A DNA stretch of 64,000 bases from a virus. Positions 48,126 through 58,858 of this stretch are shown in pieces. Below the pieces are notes generated by a model that was given only the letters and a program-made list of their open reading frames with translations, was not told the origin of the DNA and ran no database searches. The position numbers and the translations under genes were made by a program. The stretch's first letter is position 1. The number at the start of each line of letters is the position of its first letter. The stretch lies in IMG/VR virus record IMGVR_UViG_3300016649_000355, one strand, 5' to 3'.

Positions 48126-49637
48126 ATGCGCAAAAAATTACTTGCAGTATCAATCAGTTTTATTCTAGCCGGTTGCGGTGGAGGGAGTTCAGATTCTCCC
48201 AATATATCAATATCACAGGCTTTTATTCCCTTACCCGTAACTGCACAAAATCAACCAGAAGTTGATTTGTTTTCAAATGGGGTAACTAAATTTCCTGATT
48301 TAAAACCATATATGGCTTCGATGTGTGGAACTCAAACAAACATACAAAGCTTTTTCTTGGCTGATGTTAATAAAGATGGCAGAAAAGATGTTGTCATGAG
48401 TTTCTGGTGCCGGAGTGAAACTGGAGTCTTAACTTATGGACCCACTAAAAATAAAGTTCTAATATTTACACAACAAACTGACGGCACATTTGTCGAAAGC
48501 ACTAAAGCAATTTTAGGAAGAGATGCAGTGGATCTAAATGGGGTAGGACATAACCATGTTGTATATGATTTTAATAAAGATGGTTATGATGATTTTGTCT
48601 TTGTAGTAAGTAGGGAAGATGCAAGACTGCCCAGTCCTGACGGAGCCACAAATCATCATGCCTATAACATGTTTTTTACTAGCAAAGGTGACGGGACATA
48701 CGACATCTCTCCGATGGGAATATATGCATGGAATTATGGGATTAAACTGATCGATAATTCTAGTGGGGGGAAAGATATTATCACAATGCCTATTGGTTAT
48801 ACTAAGTTAGTAGAACACTTTTCTTTTGTAAATGGCAAGTGGGTTATTAGCGACCAATATAGCTGGATTAATGGAACAGATCCCATTGTTTTTTCAGGCA
48901 AAGAAGCAAAACATGCCGTAACCTCGATGGCGTATCCTGATCTAGGTGTATCTTTATACAATAAGACTTCTAGTGGTTCTTGGGTTCTAGCCAGTAGCGA
49001 AAAATTTGGGGAATATAAAATGGTTCCTTTCGTTACATGGCAACTTATGCAAAAGCTCACACAGTTGTACACCATCGACGGAAAACAATATATTAACATG
49101 GCGACTGCGAACATATGCGAATTGAAATCGCCTACACAATCTAGCGCCATAGTAGCAGTTAGCGGTAATGAATTCACAAAGCCCTATGTTGAGGGAACGA
49201 CTGTAGAAGAAGGTGCATCTTATCTTAAAACTGTTTCAAAGTTATTGTCCTATAAAAATAGCGGAAAATTAGAAAAAAGTAACAATTTTTATATTAAAGG
49301 CGAAAATATTGATGCAAGTATTCACAAAATGAATTGTATCGATGTCAATAATGACGGATATGATGATGTTACTGTACATGACTGGCGCGCCAAAACTGAA
49401 CCCATTATTTATGTAAACAACAAAAATGGCACTATGTCTAGAGTAGACCCTTCAAAAATTCCAGGAAAAAACTTGTTTGCTTCAAGTCAGACTTACATCT
49501 ATGAGGATGTAAATAATGATGGCATACGGGATCTGATTTATTGGCCCATTGCAGGATTTGGAAGTCAAGACAATCTTGCATTGAAAGTTTATTATGGCAA
49601 TAGACAAATTAAAGATTCGGATTTAATTCAAAATTGA
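48126..49637 (+). CDS. Lipoprotein with FG-GAP/VCBS (DxNxDG) repeats
   Basis: Lipobox LAGC; DVNKDGRKD, DFNKDGYDD, DVNNDGYDD, DVNNDGIRD. Confidence 0.85.
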   Translation: MRKKLLAVSISFILAGCGGGSSDSPNISISQAFIPLPVTAQNQPEVDLFSNGVTKFPDLKPYMASMCGTQTNIQSFFLADVNKDGRKDVVMSFWCRSETGVLTYGPTKNKVLIFTQQTDGTFVESTKAILGRDAVDLNGVGHNHVVYDFNKDGYDDFVFVVSREDARLPSPDGATNHHAYNMFFTSKGDGTYDISPMGIYAWNYGIKLIDNSSGGKDIITMPIGYTKLVEHFSFVNGKWVISDQYSWINGTDPIVFSGKEAKHAVTSMAYPDLGVSLYNKTSSGSWVLASSEKFGEYKMVPFVTWQLMQKLTQLYTIDGKQYINMATANICELKSPTQSSAIVAVSGNEFTKPYVEGTTVEEGASYLKTVSKLLSYKNSGKLEKSNNFYIKGENIDASIHKMNCIDVNNDGYDDVTVHDWRAKTEPIIYVNNKNGTMSRVDPSKIPGKNLFASSQTYIYEDVNNDGIRDLIYWPIAGFGSQDNLALKVYYGNRQIKDSDLIQN

Positions 49638-49662
49638 CAAAAAATACAAATTATGCTAAGAT
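49634..49662 (+). promoter_or_regulatory. Sigma70-type promoter
   Basis: TTGACA-17-TAAGAT. Confidence 0.7.
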
Positions 49663-49687
49663 ATAAAAAATATTGAAAGGATCAATT

Positions 49688-49921
49688 ATGAACAATAAAA
49701 CTAGGGAAGAATCCAATCTGCAATTCTTGAGAGAATCGATTGCTAATGCTCCTTTAAGTGAGTTCAAAAAATGGTTCTCAGAGCAGGAAGATTATGTCAA
49801 GGAAGATGTAGTCTCACTAATCGATATCCATATTATGGAACTTCAGGATCTGAAACAAGACCTGTCAGGCGATGTTGCAACCGCACAAAATTTATTAAAA
49901 AAGATCGCATCCAAAATTTGA
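49688..49921 (+). CDS. Hypothetical phage protein
   Basis: AAGGA RBS before ATG at 49688. Confidence 0.65.
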   Translation: MNNKTREESNLQFLRESIANAPLSEFKKWFSEQEDYVKEDVVSLIDIHIMELQDLKQDLSGDVATAQNLLKKIASKI

Positions 49922-49946
49922 CAATAAATGGATTTGGGTATATAAT
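49918..49946 (+). promoter_or_regulatory. Consensus sigma70 early promoter
   Basis: TTGACA-17-TATAAT. Confidence 0.9.
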
Positions 49947-49978
49947 AGTCTTCATACAGTCAAACAACGGAGATAGAG

Positions 49979-50263
49979 ATGAACACAGCCCAAACGATTC
50001 TTTCGCAAATCAAAGCCCTCGACCCCATGGCATTGTTTGCTTGGGGTGCTAAGGATCTCATGAATATGGGCAACGGTCTCAAGTTCAAGACTTCAGGCAT
50101 GACTCCCTGGAAGGGCTATGTGTACATCAAGTACAACGAGGGAAGGGACCTCTATGAAATCGACTTTTTCCGCTTTCGCAAGATGGAAGCGATATATGAC
50201 AAAAAGGTCGAGGATGTCTATGCCGAGGACCTCGTTCGAATCATCGACGGTTTTGTAGGTTAA
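49979..50263 (+). CDS. Hypothetical early phage protein
   Basis: GGAG RBS after consensus promoter. Confidence 0.75.
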   Translation: MNTAQTILSQIKALDPMALFAWGAKDLMNMGNGLKFKTSGMTPWKGYVYIKYNEGRDLYEIDFFRFRKMEAIYDKKVEDVYAEDLVRIIDGFVG

Positions 50264-50265
50264 TT

Positions 50266-51060
50266 ATGGTAATGCCAATTTACTTTGATGAGTTTAAAAC
50301 CTTTTGTGAAGATCAGGGATATAAACCGGTTGATCAGCGTTTAGACAAAAAACCAGCAAATATATTTTCTACCCATACTCGTAATAGTGTTAAGGTAGAA
50401 ATTAAAGTCACGCATAAAACTCCCATCTATGTAGCAGGGCATGGATTAAACAATTACAAGTTAGCATTCTTGCAAAAGGAACTTGAGCAAAAGGGTATGA
50501 TAATTATTGATAGGATGGCAAAGTTCCTCAAGATTAAAATAGCAGAGGATGCGCTGGATGGATTTCAAACATTAATATCATTGATTGAAAATATTGATGA
50601 ATTAATCGAGCGCCAACGAGCCAACAGGTTCTATCAGGCTGAGTACAATGACAATGTATTCATGTATGTCGCAAATGATATTGCTAATATGCTAAAGTAT
50701 CATCCTCCGGGTAGTCCTTGGTCACGCGGTAAGGTATTTGACGATATTGATAACATCGTTACGATTGGTTACAGTAAAGAAGGCAGAAAGCAATTGCTGG
50801 GAGGCAAGAACGCATACCGAGAACACATTGTTCCCATTGATTGGTGTATTAATAAATCCTTCGAAATGCTTAAGAATAACGCCAGTGTCGAAGATGTAGC
50901 ACAGATGTTCAAGCGTAACATCAAGGTCCTGTTGATTTCAGATTACGAACAGGACTTACTTGACAATAAATTGGGACTAAAAACTACCATGCCCGAAGGG
51001 TTCAAAGACGGTGATGATCCACTAGCCCGCATTAAATTTGCAGGAATTGAACTAGAATAA
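50266..51060 (+). CDS. Hypothetical protein with EHIVP (His-Me/HNH-like) motif
   Basis: REHIVP motif in the C-terminal half. Confidence 0.5.
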   Translation: MVMPIYFDEFKTFCEDQGYKPVDQRLDKKPANIFSTHTRNSVKVEIKVTHKTPIYVAGHGLNNYKLAFLQKELEQKGMIIIDRMAKFLKIKIAEDALDGFQTLISLIENIDELIERQRANRFYQAEYNDNVFMYVANDIANMLKYHPPGSPWSRGKVFDDIDNIVTIGYSKEGRKQLLGGKNAYREHIVPIDWCINKSFEMLKNNASVEDVAQMFKRNIKVLLISDYEQDLLDNKLGLKTTMPEGFKDGDDPLARIKFAGIELE

Positions 51061-51063
51061 GGC

Positions 51064-51092
51064 TTGACAATAAATGGCTTTATGTCTATAAT
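51064..51092 (+). promoter_or_regulatory. Consensus sigma70 early promoter
   Basis: TTGACA-17-TATAAT. Confidence 0.9.
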
Positions 51093-51121
51093 AGATTTTA
51101 TTGAATAACTCAGGAGCAATC

Positions 51122-51769
51122 ATGGTTCGCAAAACTAAACCCCAGATCAATGTCGATGCCGATATCGTGTGGGCGGCGGCATGCAAGGCAAATGAGATCA
51201 ATAATGGCTATATCAAGTATGTAACGCCCGAAGAGATCAAAGAGGGCAAGTCATCTAACCGCATGATAGTAGATAGATTAATTCAGGAGCCAAATCAAAT
51301 TGAAGAAAGATTTTACGAAGATGCTGGCAAAGTCCGGAACTATTACAAAGCATTTACCTTCAAAATCCTACAAGGGATCAAACTCAATGATTTTAACAAT
51401 AACGCTATGGTTATTGCTAACCGTGATACTATCGATAGCACCTTTGATATTGCAGTGATCACTGCATTGCCCCTATCCTATCAGAATCAAAAGGTGCGTG
51501 ACGATGCAGACAACCGTGTTAGATTCGCAACAGGCGGGTATGTAGCATCAGTGGGCAACAAAGTCTCAATCGATATCGAGGTGTTGAAGTCGGTGTACAG
51601 TCATAATTATGGCGTGTATTTCGTTACCGGTGTCACGGAAAACGATCAACCCGTATTTTTTAGTTACAAGTCGGGCATCAATACAGGTAAAAAGATCAAG
51701 GTGTCTGGTACTGTAAAGGCTCATCGTGACAATAGCACCCAACTCAATCGTGTAAAGGTATTATCATGA
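51122..51769 (+). CDS. Hypothetical protein with C-terminal OB-fold-like domain
   Basis: GKKIKVSGTVKAH...TQLNRVK. Confidence 0.6.
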   Translation: MVRKTKPQINVDADIVWAAACKANEINNGYIKYVTPEEIKEGKSSNRMIVDRLIQEPNQIEERFYEDAGKVRNYYKAFTFKILQGIKLNDFNNNAMVIANRDTIDSTFDIAVITALPLSYQNQKVRDDADNRVRFATGGYVASVGNKVSIDIEVLKSVYSHNYGVYFVTGVTENDQPVFFSYKSGINTGKKIKVSGTVKAHRDNSTQLNRVKVLS

Positions 51770-51972
51770 CTATCATTTGCTCATGCGGACATGAGGTCGA
51801 TGACATGAACCATACATACAGTATCTTTATCAAGTCCACTGATAGGTGCGGGGACAAAGCATTGGCATACATCACGGTATGCGGGCCCTGCGAAGATCAA
51901 TACAGGCAGCGTGGTAACATATTTGACAATGAACAAGATGGATTTGAGTGGCTTAGAAAGGAACAGTGGTGA
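51766..51972 (+). CDS. Small zinc-finger-like protein
   Basis: CSCGH...CGPC. Confidence 0.6.
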   Translation: MTIICSCGHEVDDMNHTYSIFIKSTDRCGDKALAYITVCGPCEDQYRQRGNIFDNEQDGFEWLRKEQW

Positions 51973-52106
51973 TTAAATTTATCGCAGGATTTTTGTGTGG
52001 GGTTGTTGTCGCAACTATTGGCTTTAGCGGTGTCGCTAAACTATTAGACAACGGTGTCAATAAGGTCAAAGATACAGTACAGGAGCAAGTAAAAGATGGG
52101 TCTTGA
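51969..52106 (+). CDS. Small membrane protein (45 aa; not in ORF track)
   Basis: GTGA overlap; N-terminal hydrophobic helix. Confidence 0.55.
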   Translation: MIKFIAGFLCGVVVATIGFSGVAKLLDNGVNKVKDTVQEQVKDGS

Positions 52107-52488
52107 TCAATACGCATACATTGCCGCAAAAGCAGGAGATGATTATACAAATCATCAGGAGATCAGTTATTGGCGTAAGCATCCAAATCTTCAAGGTTGG
52201 ATGGAAAATCTTTGGATAGAAAAGAATCGCCCAGGTGCATATGGTACAGGACAAGACAATGAGTTTGTGGTAGACTTCAATGGAGTAGAAGTAGAATTGA
52301 CATGGGAAGATGTTGATCGGCTTGAGAAAGATATCAAAGCAGGTGTAGTAAGTGAACTAAACACCACCGGATTCTTTTTCGGCGATCCCAGCGATGAATA
52401 TTATCGTGATCATGACCTAGAATTCTGTGTCAATGCTAAGGCAGAATTATTCTTGGGTCGTAAAGTATTTTACAATTCAAGTTGGTAA
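52096..52488 (+). CDS. Hypothetical phage protein (MGLDQY...YWRKH type)
   Basis: MGLDQY, YWRKHP, TGFFFG and YNSSW motifs. Confidence 0.75.
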   Translation: MGLDQYAYIAAKAGDDYTNHQEISYWRKHPNLQGWMENLWIEKNRPGAYGTGQDNEFVVDFNGVEVELTWEDVDRLEKDIKAGVVSELNTTGFFFGDPSDEYYRDHDLEFCVNAKAELFLGRKVFYNSSW

Positions 52489-52498
52489 GGAGCTATAT

Positions 52499-52849
52499 AT
52501 GTCAGGCTATAACACAATCTTGTTTATCCGTAAACTAGAAGAGCGTGTAGACAAACTAGGGTTTCGTCTAGCACATAGCAAGTATGGATACGATAAACAG
52601 TTTGGTGATACCGTGGCATTGATTCCCAAGGATGACTGCCTTCCGATCTATAGCCGTGACGCAGAATTGTTTGTCGGTACATTGGAACATCTTGAGCAAT
52701 GGCTCAACGGTTGGGAGAAAATGCAACAATACCATCGCATGTTAATGGGCAACAAGTTTGAAAGCAAGATAGAGAGATTAGAGCAGGATTACAGGAACGA
52801 AGTGTTAGTCAAGCTACTGTGTAAATCAGAAAAAGAGGGATCAAAGTGA
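52499..52849 (+). CDS. Hypothetical phage protein
   Basis: AAGGAG RBS before ATG at 52499. Confidence 0.7.
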   Translation: MSGYNTILFIRKLEERVDKLGFRLAHSKYGYDKQFGDTVALIPKDDCLPIYSRDAELFVGTLEHLEQWLNGWEKMQQYHRMLMGNKFESKIERLEQDYRNEVLVKLLCKSEKEGSK

Positions 52850-54183
52850 GTGCAAGTTGGATTCATAAATTAAACGAGAGTGATGGCCGCCTACACAAGG
52901 AAGATGTACTCAAACAGGCATATGAGATGGCTATCCTGGGCAACATTAGTGGCCAAAGATTCCTCACATTAGTCAATCTAGCATATAATCCATATGCTAA
53001 CTTCCATCTGCGTCAAGTGCCCACGATTGACGAGGCATCAGGTCGTGAGAACCCTTGGATGGATTTTGAGAAACTATTGTTCCGTCTCATGAATCGTGAA
53101 GTCACAGGTAACAAAGCCCGTGATGAAGTCGATGCAATGAGCCAGCGTTTCGATAGCGATGAATGGAATAACTTTTGTCGCAATGTCATTCGCAAGGACT
53201 TGCGTTGCGGTATCAGTGATAAGACATTCAATAAGGTCGTGAAGAAATCACAATACGAGATTCCTATCTTTGGTTGTCAGTTGGCTACTAATAGCGAAGG
53301 TCGCCCTGAGATGAAAGGCATCAAGCGCCTCGAACCTAAACTAGATGGTGTTCGTGTGTTGATGCGTGTATCAACGAATGATTTCGGTGAGTGCATCACT
53401 ACATGTTATAGCCGCAATGGTAAAATCTTTGAGAACTTTAGTCTCATCGAACAACAGGTTCAGGATAACTATGCTAAGTTGATCCGTGCTGCTAAGGATC
53501 GTAGCCTCACTAATGGCTTCTGGCTTGACGGCGAGGTGATCGGTAATAGTTTCCAAGAATTGATGCGCCAAGCACGGCGCAAGGAAGATGTCAACGCCAG
53601 CGATAGCGTGTTCAACATCTTTGATATTATTCCTGCTGATGATTGGGAGCGCGGTTATTGGAATGCACAGTTACACAAGCGTGTGGCGTTGCTTGAGAAG
53701 TTGCGCCCTGTGATCGACAAGATGAGCCAAGTAGAACTATTGCCGCATATCATGGTCGATCTTGACACAGGTGAAGGTCGTGATCAGTTGATGCGTTATG
53801 CTAAAGATAATGTGAACGCAGGCTTTGAAGGAATCATGATCAAGGATATCAATAGTCCCTATGAGTGTAAGCGCAATACATTCTGGATGAAATGGAAACC
53901 AACTATCACAGTTGATTTGGAGGTCATCGATGTTGAAGAAGGTACTGGAAGGAATGTTGGACGATTGGGTGCCCTGGTTTGCTCCGGATACGACGACGGG
54001 AAAAACATTACCGTCAATGTTGGTAGTGGTTTTAGTGACATTGATAGAGATAATCTTTGGAGTGATCGTGATATGGTTATCGGTCGAACTGTTGAGATAC
54101 TTTGCGATGTGATCACTCAGAACCAAGATGGCACATATAGCTTGCGTTTTCCCAGATTTGTTCGTTTCCGTGATGACAAGTAG
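52846..54183 (+). CDS. ATP-dependent DNA ligase
   Basis: EPKLDGVR, LDGE, EGIMIK, WMKWK, VGSG and SLRFPRF motifs. Confidence 0.96.
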   Translation: MSASWIHKLNESDGRLHKEDVLKQAYEMAILGNISGQRFLTLVNLAYNPYANFHLRQVPTIDEASGRENPWMDFEKLLFRLMNREVTGNKARDEVDAMSQRFDSDEWNNFCRNVIRKDLRCGISDKTFNKVVKKSQYEIPIFGCQLATNSEGRPEMKGIKRLEPKLDGVRVLMRVSTNDFGECITTCYSRNGKIFENFSLIEQQVQDNYAKLIRAAKDRSLTNGFWLDGEVIGNSFQELMRQARRKEDVNASDSVFNIFDIIPADDWERGYWNAQLHKRVALLEKLRPVIDKMSQVELLPHIMVDLDTGEGRDQLMRYAKDNVNAGFEGIMIKDINSPYECKRNTFWMKWKPTITVDLEVIDVEEGTGRNVGRLGALVCSGYDDGKNITVNVGSGFSDIDRDNLWSDRDMVIGRTVEILCDVITQNQDGTYSLRFPRFVRFRDDK

Positions 54184-54213
54184 TAAAATACATAAATCTT
54201 AGAGGAAAAGCCC

Positions 54214-55161
54214 ATGAAATTTAAAAAAATTGAATACCATCAAGTGCATAGTCATTTTACATACGATTTCTCCGATGAGGAAATCATTGAGACTTTTGGT
54301 TCATTGGAACGATTCAAGGAGATCGCTAGCCACATGAACGATAATGATTGGAGTGAGCCAGAGGGTAAAGCTCCAACAGATGAAGAACATGATAACTTCC
54401 ATGAATTATTCGCTAGCTATGATTATGACCGTGATGACGATTGGTTCACTGATCGCAAAGGCGGATATACAGTAGGTTATGAAGTGGTGGACGAATCGGA
54501 CGAACAAGATAATTCATGCTGGACCGATATCCCCACCACAGCGGATATCGTGACCCCATACACCAATGGTCAAAAAGAATATAAGATTCAAATCTTTAGT
54601 CGTGGCTTAGAAGCTGGTATCGGAGAGATTACCAAGGCTCAATATGAGTATTGGAGTGAGCGTGATGAGGGTCTAGACGATGCACTGAATCAAGATTTTG
54701 ATTATGATGAGGCCGAGACCCCTGAAGAGGCACGATTTGAATATTATTACAACGATTATAGCGAACAGGGATTTGTTGCAGGCCCCACACTAGATAGTAG
54801 TCATATCACTATCACTTGTGACGGTGAAGTTCTATATGACATGGAGTTCAATGAATTCCTTCAAGAAGTTCACGGGGAAGATGACTGGCTAGATATCGTT
54901 GAAGAAACCGAAGAGATTTACATCAACTCATTAAAACCCGGCTATTATGTATATTGGGCACACGGCGGTAAGGGTGAGTATTTTGTCGGAACATTGACAC
55001 TAGAAAATTTTGATCCTAAATTGTTGCGTTTCGAAAAAACAGATATGGAAGGAATGGATGTTATCACTACCGTGATCTATGATACTAATACCTATGTAGA
55101 TGACGAAGGTGGTAGTTGGTCAGGAAAGTGGAGTGACTATTCATTACATGAGGTAAAATAA
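54214..55161 (+). CDS. Highly acidic hypothetical protein
   Basis: 315 aa, very Asp/Glu-rich. Confidence 0.7.
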   Translation: MKFKKIEYHQVHSHFTYDFSDEEIIETFGSLERFKEIASHMNDNDWSEPEGKAPTDEEHDNFHELFASYDYDRDDDWFTDRKGGYTVGYEVVDESDEQDNSCWTDIPTTADIVTPYTNGQKEYKIQIFSRGLEAGIGEITKAQYEYWSERDEGLDDALNQDFDYDEAETPEEARFEYYYNDYSEQGFVAGPTLDSSHITITCDGEVLYDMEFNEFLQEVHGEDDWLDIVEETEEIYINSLKPGYYVYWAHGGKGEYFVGTLTLENFDPKLLRFEKTDMEGMDVITTVIYDTNTYVDDEGGSWSGKWSDYSLHEVK

Positions 55162-55165
55162 TCAC

Positions 55166-55351
55166 ATGCATGAACTAGTAGGTAAATCCTATGTCTTTGA
55201 AGATGGTGATAAGATTCAAGTAATACAAATTAAATTAAGAGATGATGGCGAATGGGTAACATACCATGTTACCCAGGGCCGTGGTGTTCCTAGAAAATTA
55301 GTCATGCCGTTGTCAGAGTTTATGAACACATTTGGTCATCTATTCGTATAA
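55166..55351 (+). CDS. Hypothetical phage protein
   Basis: 61-aa ORF. Confidence 0.65.
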   Translation: MHELVGKSYVFEDGDKIQVIQIKLRDDGEWVTYHVTQGRGVPRKLVMPLSEFMNTFGHLFV

Positions 55352-55425
55352 ATTGTGCTAAATATACTGTTATTTAACAATTATAACAGTAGTTATACGA
55401 TATGTCATAGTCCACTAAATATATA

Positions 55426-57120
55426 ATGCCTCTATCGAAAATATTTAATTTACCTAATATAACCCTAGCAACAGCATTAACCCTTAGTGCTATAGCGGCA
55501 TGGTATAGCATAATAGGGTTAACTGCCATTTTTGCCGCGGCAGTAATACCTATCATTATAATGGGCGGTGCATTAGAATTCGCCAAGGTAATCACGACGG
55601 TATGGCTTCATAGATATTGGCATCATGTAAAATTAACCCTAAAGATTTACTTGGGTGTTGCCGTCGTTGCCTTAGCCCTACTGACCAGTATGGGAATATT
55701 TGGTTTCTTGAGCAAAGCACACACTGACCAAAGTTTAGTTTCTGGAGATGTGCAAGCACAGATTGCTATCTATGATGAAAAAATAAAGGTAGCTAGAGAA
55801 AATATAGAAGCCAATCGAAAAGCATTGGCGCAGATGGACGCGGCTGTAGATCAAGTAATGGGCCGAACTACATCTGAACAGGGTGCTGAGAGGTCAGTAC
55901 AGATAAGAAGACAGCAGGGTCCCGAGCGTCAAAGATTACTCCGTGAAATTGAAATCGAACAGAAAAAAATTGCAGAATTAAATGAACAAAGGGCACCCAT
56001 AGCAGCAGAAGTTAGGAAGGTAGAGGCTGAGGTTGGTCCCATAAAATATATCGCCGCACTGATATACGGAGACAACCCAGATGTAAATCTATTAGAAAAG
56101 GCAGTACGATGGGTAATCATATTAATCGTACTAGTATTTGATCCATTAGCGTTGACTTTGGTTATAGCCGCCACATCTAGCAGGAAATGGAATAAAGAAA
56201 GTCCACCTGAGGAGAAAAATGATGCCATTACCCATGATAATGATAATACTACACTCAGTAGCGATCCAGCAGATGTCCATGGGGTTAATGGACATGAACC
56301 AATATTACAACCTAATATTCAAGTCGATGACACAGTTTCAGAACCTGTGCAAACCAACATAGAATTGTGTGAAAAATGCAATACTGAAATGGTAGAAGTA
56401 CCTAATATTGGGTTAATATGCCCTTTACCTGAATGTGGCAAAACAGAAGAAATTAAAATAACTGATGATTTTGACACAAAAAACCATCCATATCTTTTTG
56501 AAAAATTTGTTCATTTTGGGAATCTCGCGCCTGTCGTCTATAGACCAGAAACAAAATTAGATTTCGTATATTCAATAGATAAAGAAATTAATATTGAAAA
56601 AATAAACAAGGAATTACAGGAGCTACAATCAGAAAGTGATATTGATCAGTTTTTTCCTGATCAACAGCCAAACTTAGTTGAAAATGATAACAAAGAAGGT
56701 ATTATTGAAACAGAAGGTGTCACGCAGGAAATTAAACCAAAAGTACAAATAGATGGCGACTATGCGACATTTGAAGGAAAACATTTTCATATAAACGCGC
56801 TAAAAAGCATACACCCAGAACTATTTCTCACAGCGGATTCGACAACTCCTGCTAGATCAGACTTTGGCACAACTTTTCCAAAATCTGCGATGAGAGGAGA
56901 TATATTTGTAAGGGTAGACATGTTGCCAAATCGAGTTTATAAGTTCGACGGCAAAAAATGGATAGAAATTAGCAAAGAACAAACAGACACTTACCTGTAT
57001 GATAAAAAGTATATTAAGTTTCTTATAGAAAAGATAGAAAAAGGTGAATATGATATTGATCTTTTGTCCGATTTTGAAAAGAACCAAATCGAAGAGTATT
57101 TAAAGAACCAAAATGTTTGA
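55426..57120 (+). CDS. Multi-TM coiled-coil membrane protein
   Basis: Three N-terminal TMs, coiled coil, FDPLA TM segment and Cys motif. Confidence 0.75.
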   Translation: MPLSKIFNLPNITLATALTLSAIAAWYSIIGLTAIFAAAVIPIIIMGGALEFAKVITTVWLHRYWHHVKLTLKIYLGVAVVALALLTSMGIFGFLSKAHTDQSLVSGDVQAQIAIYDEKIKVARENIEANRKALAQMDAAVDQVMGRTTSEQGAERSVQIRRQQGPERQRLLREIEIEQKKIAELNEQRAPIAAEVRKVEAEVGPIKYIAALIYGDNPDVNLLEKAVRWVIILIVLVFDPLALTLVIAATSSRKWNKESPPEEKNDAITHDNDNTTLSSDPADVHGVNGHEPILQPNIQVDDTVSEPVQTNIELCEKCNTEMVEVPNIGLICPLPECGKTEEIKITDDFDTKNHPYLFEKFVHFGNLAPVVYRPETKLDFVYSIDKEINIEKINKELQELQSESDIDQFFPDQQPNLVENDNKEGIIETEGVTQEIKPKVQIDGDYATFEGKHFHINALKSIHPELFLTADSTTPARSDFGTTFPKSAMRGDIFVRVDMLPNRVYKFDGKKWIEISKEQTDTYLYDKKYIKFLIEKIEKGEYDIDLLSDFEKNQIEEYLKNQNV

Positions 57121-57177
57121 CTTTTAATCTCCAGTTAGTATATAATTATATCATTATCAACTATTTGGAGATATTCC

Positions 57178-57849
57178 ATGAATTACAAATTAGCAGTTAT
57201 TTCATTGCTCATCGCCACTGCTTATGGATGTGCCTCTAAACCACCAGCACCGGCCGGCGTTGAAGCCCCCAAAGTTACTGCCCTGATGAATCAAACTTTA
57301 AGCACAGATATTGCTTATAATAATACAGGTGTCAAGATTGAATGGAATTGCACCTGGCCAACTGGAATAAGTGATATGACTTGCATCAAAACTACTATCA
57401 AGGCCATCGAAGTCACAAAAGTGACCGCAGTGGGTGGCAACTCTAGCTTTGAAATTAATAAAGCACAGATCATCGGTGAAATACAGGCAAAGGCCTCATT
57501 GGTTGAGTTCATGAAACAAGATATCACTAGCAAGCGTGTACTGAATACCATGGGCAAAAATCTTGAAAAAGCTAATGATCGCGTCAAACAAAGAATCTCG
57601 GACACTGAAGTAGTTGCTATGAGCGATAGCGAAGCAGATAAAGACACAAACTTTGCTATTCGTGAAAACACAAACGAGACAGTACGCAATCTCACCGAGA
57701 GTGTTACGACATACGCTCAGGGAAAAATTTCAGGGGTAATGGTTAAAGAAGTTAAAAGAGTTGGACCAAGGGAACTTGCAGTAACGATTCGCTGGAGCAA
57801 AGAAAATGCAGAACTGGTGAACGAACTGCGAAAAGCATTTGGTAATTGA
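57178..57849 (+). CDS. Lipoprotein of unknown function
   Basis: Signal peptide with AYGC lipobox; TTGACT...TATAAT promoter upstream. Confidence 0.7.
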   Translation: MNYKLAVISLLIATAYGCASKPPAPAGVEAPKVTALMNQTLSTDIAYNNTGVKIEWNCTWPTGISDMTCIKTTIKAIEVTKVTAVGGNSSFEINKAQIIGEIQAKASLVEFMKQDITSKRVLNTMGKNLEKANDRVKQRISDTEVVAMSDSEADKDTNFAIRENTNETVRNLTESVTTYAQGKISGVMVKEVKRVGPRELAVTIRWSKENAELVNELRKAFGN

Positions 57850-58841
57850 CAATGAAATTAAAAGGACTAGTAGCCACATTATTAGTCCTTTTTTCATCTG
57901 GTTCCTACGGTCACTCTATTGTAGTTACCGGTTTAGGTCATGATGGGGAAGGGGCAAGACATGATGCCTATAGGAAAGCCATTGAATTTAAGATCGGCAC
58001 TGTTATAGTTTCGGAAAAAGAGTCTCAAAATTATCAATTACTAAAAAATAAAATATTAGCCCACAGTGCAGGATACATCACAAAGATGAGGATCTTGAAT
58101 GAATCTGTGGTAGATGGGATCTATCGGATAGAAATGGAAGTAGAGGTGTCCTCATCTAAACTAGCCGATATGATATTATCAGATGGAAAAACAACACAGA
58201 TGAATGCAGAATTAGATTACGCCCGTGTATCTAGCTTCATGCATCAAAAGGATACGGGAGATACTCTTTTGCGGAATATATTAAAAGAATATCCTTATCG
58301 GGCATACAAGATCACGCATGACAACTATGAAATCAAATATGATACTAATCGTAATATTATATTTTCCATACCATATGATCTGACATGGAATTACAAATTT
58401 TTATCTGCGCTGAGTGAAACCTTAAATCAAACGCAGGATGGATCTTCGGGTCTATTTCACAGATCACCTTCACAAATAACCATGATACATAAGAATCCTG
58501 AAGATTTTTTGATAGGAAAAACTGAAAGGTTTTCATTTAATGACGATTTTACTGTCAATGCTCTCTATAACAGAATAGTTAGCGATGAGCCTAGGATTCG
58601 ATTGAGGATATTGAACAAAGAAGGTAAATCAATAGTTGATGAATGTGTTATTCCCGAATTTTTACAAGGACATTCATCTGCATTCTATAGTTCAGGGGAT
58701 CCTTATAATTTTAAAATCTATGGCAATAATGTAAACAAAAGTGTGTTGAGATTGGCGATTCATAATCACCATAGGTCTTTACTGAATGACTTTTATAAAG
58801 TAAAATTACAGATGACATCAAAAATCAACTGTAAACTCTAA
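57846..58841 (+). CDS. Secreted hypothetical protein
   Basis: Signal peptide; G.G...A..DA.RKAIE motif. Confidence 0.6.
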   Translation: MTMKLKGLVATLLVLFSSGSYGHSIVVTGLGHDGEGARHDAYRKAIEFKIGTVIVSEKESQNYQLLKNKILAHSAGYITKMRILNESVVDGIYRIEMEVEVSSSKLADMILSDGKTTQMNAELDYARVSSFMHQKDTGDTLLRNILKEYPYRAYKITHDNYEIKYDTNRNIIFSIPYDLTWNYKFLSALSETLNQTQDGSSGLFHRSPSQITMIHKNPEDFLIGKTERFSFNDDFTVNALYNRIVSDEPRIRLRILNKEGKSIVDECVIPEFLQGHSSAFYSSGDPYNFKIYGNNVNKSVLRLAIHNHHRSLLNDFYKVKLQMTSKINCKL

Positions 58842-58858
58842 ATTTGATAAGTAAATCT

